56,695 nt of DNA from Octopus bimaculoides (taxonomy: Eukaryota), in contig NC_069006.1 of assembly GCF_001194135.2 (NCBI RefSeq), forward strand, positions 25,794,570-25,851,264, read 5' to 3'. The notes beneath the pieces are model-generated. The model was given only the letters and a program-made list of their open reading frames with translations, was not told the DNA's origin and did no database searches. This document shows, one piece after another, positions 48,486 to 56,695 of this stretch (within the stretch, counting starts at the first letter, position 1; each line of letters opens with the position of its first letter). Both the position numbers and the translations under genes were made by a program.

Positions 48486-49894
48486 TGACTTCTGCAATTC
48501 TCCAACAGATTCTTCATCAACAGCCATATGTTTAGCAATGAGAACTGCTGTGAAGGTTCGGTTTTGAACTTGTGACACCCGAAAGGATTAGAAGAAAGGG
48601 GAGACATCTTTATTATTCACTAAATCTCCTTTTAATGTCACCGCTGATCCTTGCCCTACATTTAATACACGTGATCTGAGCTATTGTTGTGAATCTTTTT
48701 CTCATAGCAGTGAGTGAAGAGTTCATAAGAACCCTTACTTGTCGAGGCCCTACAAAAGGAAGCAGGAGATATTCTTGAAATTTAAATCACCATTATTTCA
48801 GACAAATTTTTCAGACACATTTTCAAAAATTCAAATTACTAATTACGGTAATGAGGTTTTTTACCACAATTATTGAGGAATTAAATATTAATTTTTGTTT
48901 GTATGGATACACTACCATGTGTGTATGTGTGTGTGTGTGCGCGCACGCCTGTGTGTTTTCATGTGTGTGTGTGCATGCATGTGTACGTGTATGTGTTCAT
49001 ACATGTACATGCATGTGTATGTGCACATGTGTATGTATGTGCACACGTGTATATGTGTGTGTGTCTGTGTGCCTGCATGTGTGTGTGTGTACGTGTCTGT
49101 GTACATGCATGTGTGCACACATTGTGTTTGTGTGTGTCTCTACGTATATGTGTGTGTGTACATTAGAAAATGTAAATGTTTATTTGTACTGTAATACTTG
49201 TATTATCAGTTAGAAAGTCTGTCATTTCCTGTAGCTTTCAGCCCATTATCTCCCCCCCTCTCTCTCTCTCTCTCTCCAAACCTTTACCCCTACCTGGCCA
49301 AATTAGGAACTGTGAGTCTTAACTCAATTTCTCCTGCTCTCATATTCCTCCCTGTAGGTTTCTCTGTAAACTCTATGTATCATTTCTAAAACAGACATCT
49401 CTCTACATCTGTGCTACCCTACTCACCCTGCCTCACCTTTACAGCTTCACTCCACCCCCCAATGCGTGTGTGTGCGTGTGTGTGTGTGTGTGCATGCGTG
49501 TGTAAACAGACTCCCAAGCTATAGAGTACATTGGCTCAACAGCTGGAATGAACAGCAACTGCTTGCAACACTTTCGCACCATGTTGTCTTTGGGTCCCCC
49601 ATGACATGTTGGCTAATGTTTGATCCAGCTGGCAGCTATTTTACATGGACATGGTTGGTCATCATTCTTTCATCTTCGGCTATTGTTTGCGTAATTTTAC
49701 TGTTGTGTTTGTAGAAGAGAAAATACCCCCCCCCCACCTCTTTCACACAATGGGTTCATCTTTTGTTCTGGGTTAGTTCTAATTCTAATTCTTTGTTCTG
49801 GTTTCTGCTGCTGCTGCTTTCACCTAATACGCTAGTTGCATTCTAGATCAATCGCTTATAAAGAATCTGGAACGGTCAATACTGTTTATAAGTG

Positions 49895-50291
49895 CAGGCA
49901 AGGCAACGCAGTTAATGAGTTCACTTCCCAACCACATGGTTTTAGGTTCAGTCCCACAGACAAGTGTCCTTTATTTTACAATTGCCCTTGTGAGTAAGTT
50001 TGGTATATACACACAGTTTATGTGTGTATATATATGTGTGTGTGTGTATATATACATATATGAGTGTATGTCTTTGTGTCTGTGTTTGTCCTCCCACCTC
50101 ACCACTTGACAACTGGTGTTGGTGTATTTACATCCCCATAACATAGCGGTTCGGCAAGAGAGACTGATGGAATAAGTACTAAGCTCAAGAAATAAGTCCT
50201 GGGGGCCAATTTGTTTGAGTACAACCCTTCAAGGCAGTGCTCCAGCATGGCCGCCGTCAAATGACTGAAACAAGTAAAAGAATAAAAGAAT
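49895..50291 (+). mobile_element. SINE family A (deleted head, microsatellite, 3' module)
   Basis: cttcccaaccacatggttttaggttcagtcccac...caccacttgacaactggtgttgg...gaaacaagtaaaagaataaaag. Confidence 0.85.
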
Positions 50292-50969
50292 GAAACAATA
50301 ACATCATTGAAATCTCAAAGCTGTGAGATTATGAGATAATCCAAGATGAACTCTAAAGCACGTGGAAAAATATGTATTAGATTTGAGAGAGTAATCTGGA
50401 TGCGAAATGGTTGAGTTAGCCTCTGTTTTACTTTGAAGCCATGTGTATGATATGTTCCTGTCTTTGTNNNNNNNNNNNNNNNNNNNNNNCACCACCGCCA
50501 CCTCCACAGTCACACCTAATCTATTTATCCAAAGCCACCAGTAAGCATCTCCTCTCTCTCTCTCTCTTTCTCTCTCCGACCAAGCGGAAAATTCATTCCA
50601 CTGTGTGAACCCTGTGTACTTAGCATTCTAAGAACCACCCAGGCTATCACTCTCACTTCTCTCACACTCCACTACTGTTTCAATAACTCAGGAGGGTTGG
50701 CTGATGTTTTTCCCAGTGTCCTCAACTGTGAGCTAAGTTACACCTGAATGGAATAAACGTTAATTACTGCAGAGAAACAGCAATGATAAATATTGCTACG
50801 TTTAGAGAGAGAGAGAGAGAGAATATTAAACCAATTCTGAAGTGATGGAGAGGAGAGAGAGAGAGAGATTCAACAATGTTTCAAGGCTTCTGGAGTCTCA
50901 CTCCAAATTAGAAGATAACTCTAGCTGTGCGCTCACAAGTGAGTTTGACCTAGTTTCCAATTGTTTTAG

Positions 50970-51074
50970 GTACTGATGCAGTCACAAGTAGACGTTGATG
51001 CCCATCCCTTCTTCACACAGTGGAACATTGAGGATGTGATATTGGAAGGAAGAGACAGCTGTACCAGCATTTAG
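50970..51074 (+). CDS. Candidate terminal exon
   Basis: Acceptor tttccaattgttttag|; phase-0 frame VLMQSQVDVDAHPFFTQWNIEDVILEGRDSCTSI* in unique sequence; not recognised. Confidence 0.25.
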   Translation, partial: VLMQSQVDVDAHPFFTQWNIEDVILEGRDSCTSI

Positions 51075-51331
51075 TTCCATACTGTATTCCCTAGCATACA
51101 TATCGATGTTATATATAGAGAAAACATGTAGTGTAAACATTCTAATGTTATCCATGTCTTTCCAAATTCTGGTGCATTTCACATGGAGTTTTTTTGTCTT
51201 CTAAAGTTGTCTTGGTGTAGAAGTTGACCTGGTTTTTTGGGTGATAAAAATGCCACCTTAGTTTGTGTTTGTTTTACTGTATTTTCCAGCATGCAAATCA
51301 GTCTTGTATATTGTGAAAATATGTAGTTTAA

Positions 51332-51558
51332 CTCTTTAGCGTTCTCCTTATTCTGTCAAAAGTAATGTTTATTTATTTACATGTTTTTAATTAATAATGC
51401 AATCAGTCAATTGACTGAAACAAGTAAAAGAATATCATACTAAAAATCTAAGTTGCCTCATCAAAATCTGAAAGCTTTGAGATAATCCATGATTAATTCA
51501 AAATAATATAAATAAATAAGCCTTACTTTTGACAGAATAAAATCTGAATGCTAAAGGA
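51332..51558. mobile_element. piggyBac-type MITE (TTAA-flanked, about 50-bp TIRs)
   Basis: TTAA at 51328-51331 and 51559-51562; left ctctttagcgttc..ttattctgtcaaaagtaatgtttatttattta vs reverse complement of right tcctttagcattc..ttattctgtcaaaagtaaggcttatttattta. Confidence 0.75.
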
Positions 51559-51562
51559 TTAA

Positions 51563-51775
51563 CGTAGTTCTCAGGGAGATTCAGCATGACACAGAATGTG
51601 ACAAGGCTGGTCCCTTTGAAATTACAGGTACAAATCACTTTTCGCCAGGTGAGTGAACTGGATCCAATGAGAAATAAAGTGTCTTGTTCAAGGGCACAAT
51701 GCACCGCCGAGAATCGACCTCATGATTTAACGATTGTGAGCCAAATACCCCTGACCACTGAGCCATGCACCTTCA
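51563..51775 (-). mobile_element. SINE family C, tail type 2
   Basis: Reverse complement gaaggtgcatggctcagtggtcagggg...ttgaacaagacactttatttc...ccagccttgtcacattc...gctgaatctccctgagaactacg. Confidence 0.8.
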
Positions 51776-52004
51776 CTACCCCCACCCCCACATGCACTAA
51801 CCACAAGGCCATACACTTTTATGAGGCAGATCATACATTAACGAAATTAAAGAGGGTTATCACTTCCATAACAGTAATCAATAGAAAGATCAATCACTTA
51901 TCATCTTCCATTGATATCAGTTCTCTCTCTCTGTCTCTGTCTCCCCCTCTCTCTCTCTGTCTCTGTCTCCCCCCTCTCTCTATTTGCTTTATTCTTTGTA
52001 TTAA

Positions 52005-52205
52005 GTTGTTGATGTTTAGTTCCAGATCAGTTCACATTGAACAGATTTATCATCAAAGGCATTCCAGCCATGATCATCCCTCATGTTTCACAGAGAGGAC
52101 ACAATGTAGTTGGAATGAACTGAGTAGCCTTCATCTTTTAAAGATAGTAAAATTTAATATTTAGGAAATTTAGCTGCTATTTCTAGCAGTTTCAAGTACC
52201 ACAAA
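52005..52205 (-). mobile_element. Dispersed repeat family D
   Basis: ttgttgatgtttagttccagatc...atcaaaggcattccagccatgatcatccc...ttagctgctatttctagcag. Confidence 0.65.
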
Positions 52206-52344
52206 ATGCTTGGTTGTCTATCTTGCTTTCTGGGTAGAAACTTGGAGTTATGCAGTGAGTAAGTACTTTACATTCCTTCCTAGTGATCTTCGATTGTTTT
52301 TTGTGGGGTTTGGTCTACAAAGAAGGGCTGTACCCACGTCCTTT

Positions 52345-52570
52345 GTAGGCCCCTTTGAGATTGAGGTGGTTCATGTTTCCCTTGAAGTTGATGATTGCCA
52401 GAAAAACAATGGACAGGGAAGGAATTCCAGAGGACTAACAGTCAGTGGAGGAAGGACTGGGTGTTAGTGCTTTGTGAGGGCCTGGAAGGGGTAGATAGAA
52501 TAGGGGTGTCAAGATGGGGAGGGACAAATTAGTTTGAGTGCCTATAAGATTTTGGGGAGTCCACACATGC
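52345..52570 (-). mobile_element. CR1/L2-like LINE 3' end remnant
   Basis: Minus strand LWNSFPVHCF...NFKGNMNHLNL resembles the terminal WNSLP...F.....FK..VN motif. Confidence 0.45.
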
Positions 52571-52966
52571 AAAATAGGGAATTGGGGACCCACAGGGTCC
52601 ATGGAAAAACTTTACTTTAGATATGGCATGTAAAAAACAGGAGAAAGCCATTTATATCCCCCCCCCACTTCCTGCCATGCTCTGTTAACAGCATCCAGCA
52701 AGGGAGATTTTACCTGGTGTGCTAACCAGCTCACCCCGTTAGTCTCTATCTATAACACCCAAGGCACATCACAGAATATCACAACCGTTGCAGTGGTCTC
52801 TATGTTACATGGGAAGACATATTAGATATTTGACACACTTGGAGCATTATCAGAATGGATGTTGGGGATCTGTTAGGGATTAAATATTGCCGAGTGACAA
52901 CAGCTGAATAACACCTACACACACATGGTAACAGCTAGTTATCGTCCTACAATATATGGTCTTTAG

Positions 52967-53085
52967 TTTAATCATGTTCTCTGTTACACAACTGTTCTGC
53001 ACTCCATCAAAATGCTGGCTGGGTCGAAGGTTTTGATGGATTTGAAAGGAGACTTCTCTGGACCACTGCCAGAACAAATGATTAA
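52967..53085 (+). CDS. Candidate internal exon (119 bp)
   Basis: ggtctttag| ... AA|gtatgt; phase-0 frame FNHVLCYTTVLHSIKMLAGSKVLMDLKGDFSGPLPEQMI(K); weak pyrimidine tract; not recognised. Confidence 0.3.
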
Positions 53086-53139
53086 GTATGTAAATGGCAT
53101 GGAGGCAGTGCGGCCATAAAATCATGTCTTGTGTGTCCT

Positions 53140-53397
53140 CCTCCTCCTTGTGGTCTTCACATCCTCCTCCTCCTCCTCCTCCTCCATCATCATCATCACC
53201 ATAACCATCATCATTCTCACCACCACCACCATCACCATTATCACTTTCATCATCATCATCACCACTACCATCACTTGTTGTAAACATCATCATCACCACC
53301 ACCACCACCACCACCACCACAACTCTCATCATCATTATTATCACTACCATCATAATCACCACTACATCATCATCACCACCACCACCTTCACTACTAC

Positions 53398-53441
<44 letters not shown>

Positions 53442-53620
53442 CCACTTATCTTTTTAGTATTATATTACTAATACCTCCTTGAACAAGATTACATCAACAT
53501 ATCTGTCATCATCATTAGCATCAATAACAGCAGCAGCAGCAACAACAACAACAACAGTAGCAATAACCACAACAATAACCACAACAACCACAATACCACC
53601 ACCACCACCACCACCACCGT
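53140..53620. repeat. (CCT)/(CAT)/(CAC)/(CAA) compound tract
   Basis: Directly visible. Confidence 0.85.
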
Positions 53621-54025
53621 TTCTATTTCCTTTCCTCTAAAATAACACACAGACTTTAAAATTCCTCAAATCATTGCAAAACAGCAGACTTCCTTCCGTT
53701 GTTGAAACCAAAATATAAGAAAATGGTTGCTGGAAGGTTTTATATATCAAAATACTCTAAAAGCACCGTCTTCTCTTCGCACTTAACCGTTCTGCATTGT
53801 TTTGAAAAGTCTATCTGATCTGTTTATTAAACACTAACAAAACATGTTTGTTATTTTACTCTGGACAATCACCAGGGGGGAAGCTTCTTCTGTATTATGA
53901 GTCAATTGGGGGGATATCTACATGGGTGATCAGCCGACAAGAAATAGCAACTAAATATCCCTCAAAATCACTTCTAACTGTCTTTAAACAAAAAAAGGAC
54001 ACCTTCAACAATGCTGTTTCAAATA

Positions 54026-54130
54026 TTCTTTTATTATTTTACTTGTTTCAGTCATTTGACTGCGGCCATGCTGGAGCACCACCTTTAGTCGAACAAGACT
54101 TACTCTTTGTAAGCCTAGTATTTATTCTGT
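54026..54130 (-). mobile_element. SINE family A 3' module fragment
   Basis: cttgtttcagtcatttgactgcggccatgctggagcaccacctttagtcgaac...ctttgtaagcctagta. Confidence 0.85.
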
Positions 54131-54285
54131 CCATCCATCTGTCTGTCTGTCTGTCTATCTGTCTGTCTGTCTGTCTGTCTATCTGTCTGTCTGTCTGTCT
54201 GTTTATCTGTCTGTCTGCATATCTATTTGTCTGTCCGTCTGTCTGCCTATCCGTCTGTCTACCCATCTATCTGTCTGTCTGTCTA

Positions 54286-54320
<35 letters not shown>

Positions 54321-54329
54321 TGAGAGAAA

Positions 54330-54420
54330 TACAGATAGAAAAGGTGAGATGGTCATAGCTGGAATGTCTTTGATCATATACCTCCTTGATTAGGATTAGC
54401 TTAGGGTTAAACAACAACAG
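54330..54420 (+). mobile_element. Dispersed repeat family D 3' end
   Basis: gatggtcatagctggaatgtctttgatcata...tagggttaaacaacaacag. Confidence 0.6.
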
Positions 54421-54899
54421 ACCCTGCAATATATCCCTCATGCACTCCCTGCTCTTTTCTTCCCATTAATATCTATTCACGTGACTTGATAAACCCACAA
54501 ATAACTGGTTGTATTTCACCTTCCCCCATTCCTACCAAACCTTCCTTACACTTCAGCATAGAATCTCGAGAAAGAGGAGCTTTATTCTTGCCACAATTTA
54601 TTATCTGGTCCTTCAGTACTGTTTTCTTTAGACTAAATTTCATCGGCCAACACCACTCAACCCATTTTCGCTCCCACTCGCTTCACAGCTCTTTCTGGTT
54701 TTCCCCACCTTCCATAACCCAATCCGTTTTTGCTTTACCCCTGCATCACTCTGTCACTCTCACTAGTTCACATGTTTCTTAGTTCTTCATTCTTTGGCTT
54801 GGTTCTCACTAATGGAACTATTAATGAGATTATACGACTGTTCTGGTGTAAGAGGGAGACGTACTCTTACTCGTCTCTCAGTCTCTTGGATTGAAAGTC

Positions 54900-55380
54900 T
54901 CTCATCCAGACAGTCCCATTGCATAGACACACTCTCCATCTCACAGTCTTTTAATGCTGAGCTGTATCTTAGAAGCCAACCGTTCCTCTTACAGTCTTTC
55001 ATCTCTGCACCAACAAGTTTTCTCTCTGGTATTTCTAACCACATGTACTCCTACACAGATCCTACCAACCCTTCATTCATGGGACGCCCTCTGCATACAG
55101 TCTAGACACCTCGTTCCAGACATGTTGTTTCTATGGACTAAGAATTTGAAGACATCCTCTCTAAGAACAACCTAGTTTTCTTCAACAGAATCACCACACA
55201 TACCATTTACAATCCTAACCATTTTACCCACTGAATAACTCACAGCTAAAACCTTTGGAATATCTACAAAAGGTAGATTTCTCTGACTCAAGAACCATTA
55301 GGCTGCACTAAATTCAGTCCTTCCTTCCACAAACTTCAACCCTCTGGAATATTCTTCTCCCACTTCATGACTGTCCTATA
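54900..55380 (+). mobile_element. Decayed I/Jockey-group LINE endonuclease remnant
   Basis: LLQSFISAPTSFLSGISNH and EFEDILSKNNLVFFNRITTH resemble APE motifs L..L...LP.PF...GDFNAH and IEDF...N.L..LN...PTH; many stops and frameshifts. Confidence 0.5.
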
Positions 55381-55832
55381 GTCGTTGACCCACAACAATT
55401 TAAGCAGAATATTTATAGCATCAACTTCACCAATTTTGGGGGACATGCAAAAGTCATGGGCACTGCTCCTTCCTCCATACTTGGCAAATCTGAAAAATAT
55501 TTCACCTGAGATTATTTTTAATCATAGAACCACCATTAGTTGCAACTTGATACTCTCTCCCATTGCACGTCTTTCCTTGAACTGTTAATATTTTCTTCCC
55601 TGATATTGTGTTTATTATCATTCTATAACCCTTGTAATCATAACTCTCCCACACACAGCAAACACAAGTTTGTGTGTGAATTAAAAGAAGATTTAGCTGC
55701 TATTTCTAGCAGGTTGAAGTACTGTATTGCGATTTGCTGATTAGCTTGTTCCGTAATTGGTTTATCAGCAATGAACACAGAGTTGTGGTGGAAGTGGATT
55801 TAAATGGACAGTGGCCATGCCTGATAATGTTG

Positions 55833-55845
55833 GTTGCCTAGCAAC
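55833..55845. promoter_or_regulatory. RFX X-box motif
   Basis: GTTGCCTAGCAAC fits the consensus GTNRCC-N(0-3)-RGYAAC exactly; function unproven. Confidence 0.4.
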
Positions 55846-56119
55846 AGTTGAGTGGCAATAATTAGACACAACTAATTAAAGGCAGTCACTGATAAATTTC
55901 TTGAGTGTAATAAATTATAGAGGAGTATGTCATTGTTTTTTTTTTCGTTTTAATTTTAATTATGATTAATTTGAGACCTCATGGCTGTTGAATTGGTCGA
56001 CTCATTAGAGTGTCGGACAGAATACCTTGTAGGGGTTGTTCTGGCTCTTTGCAGTTTGAGTTCAAAACCCACCAAGGCCTGCTCTGCCTCTTCTCCCATT
56101 CACAAGGTTAGCCTGAGAT

Positions 56120-56215
56120 TATAGTGGAAGAAACTTGCCCAAGGGACTGAACAGAGGAACTGAACTTGGAACCATGTGGTTGGGAAGCAAGCTTCTTACA
56201 ATACAGCCACTCCTA
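56120..56215 (-). mobile_element. SINE family A head
   Basis: acttgcccaagg...gaaccatgtggttgggaagcaagcttcttacaatacagccactcct. Confidence 0.85.
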
Positions 56216-56247
56216 CACCTTTTATACCCCCCACACACATACATATA

Positions 56248-56404
56248 TGGTGGGCTTCTTTCAGTTTCTGTCTACCAAATCCTCGCAGGAGACTTCGGTC
56301 AGCCAAAGGCTATAATAAAAGACACTTGTTCAACTTGGCAAGCAGCAGGACTGAACTGGGAACTATGTGACTGGGAAGCAAATATCTTACCACACAGCCA
56401 CTCC
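56248..56404 (-). mobile_element. SINE family A head, second copy in tandem
   Basis: gggcttctttcagtttctgtctaccaaatcc...cttaccacacagccactcct. Confidence 0.85.
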
Positions 56405-56695
56405 TCTGCCTTTTACACACACACACACACACACACACTCATCCATCTAGACAATATTCTATATCTCTGTCTCCCTCTATTGATCTTGTCTGTCTGTCTT
56501 TCTATTTATGGGTCTGTCTTTCTGTCTGTCTGTGTGCCTGTGTTTGCCTGCCTGCCTGTCCGCCCCTGTTGAATTTGCTCAGCATGTGAAGGACCTGATG
56601 TGCTGGAGATATCCTAATCAACATGACATGCCAATGGAATGCAGCCTCCTTGTGCGAGTGGAGTGCGTATGTGTGTCTATGTGTGTCTGGTGGCT

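Larger units (their letters stand above)
7829..50489. other. Assembly gaps (N runs) scattered within this span
   Basis: 7829-8096, 19383-19392, 21121-21353, 22976-23420, 25107-25442, 32151-32160, 35963-36221, 42264-42663, 45353-45650, 50468-50489; most abut microsatellites or high-copy repeats. Confidence 0.99.

Noticed and set aside
49466-49714. FDPAGSYFTWTWLVIIL resembling CNG-channel S1
   Set aside because: Spacing differs, the ORF starts in a microsatellite, and there are no splice sites
1-56695. Most ORF-track entries ([16 protein letters not shown], poly-X proteins)
   Set aside because: They are translations of microsatellites, N gaps or SINE consensus sequence, not genes
1-56695. CRISPR arrays, operons or other prokaryotic systems
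   Set aside because: No regularly spaced repeat-spacer units and no gene-dense regions; the sequence is clearly animal

Overview
AT-rich, microsatellite-saturated animal genomic DNA from a gapped short-read scaffold (10 N-gaps). The SINE and microsatellite landscape and a long GC-rich V7 insert in an 18S fragment suggest a cephalopod, most likely Octopus (inference; no database available). No complete gene, CRISPR array or prokaryotic signal is present. Nearly all ORF-track entries are microsatellite or gap artefacts. The window is intronic or intergenic and dominated by mobile DNA. There are three tRNA-like SINE families (labelled A, B, C here) and an unclassified (AAC)n-tailed family D. LINE remnants include RTE, R4/Dong, CR1/L2-like, I/Jockey-like and a Penelope-like piece carrying a minimal hammerhead motif. 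DNA transposon relics include a Merlin transposase and hAT-, Tc1/mariner- and piggyBac-type MITEs. An orphan 18S rRNA fragment lies at 8097-8398 (-). Several short + strand segments with canonical splice sites may be exons of an unidentified host gene; the best is 17960-18081. The most interesting patterns are in repeat biology: head-to-tail SINE arrays joined at (ATT)n tails, a Dong LINE in such a tail, one SINE head carrying three different tails, and the hammerhead motif. I found no convincing new protein-coding system. Repeat boundaries are read by eye and approximate (about 10-20 bp) unless termini are stated.
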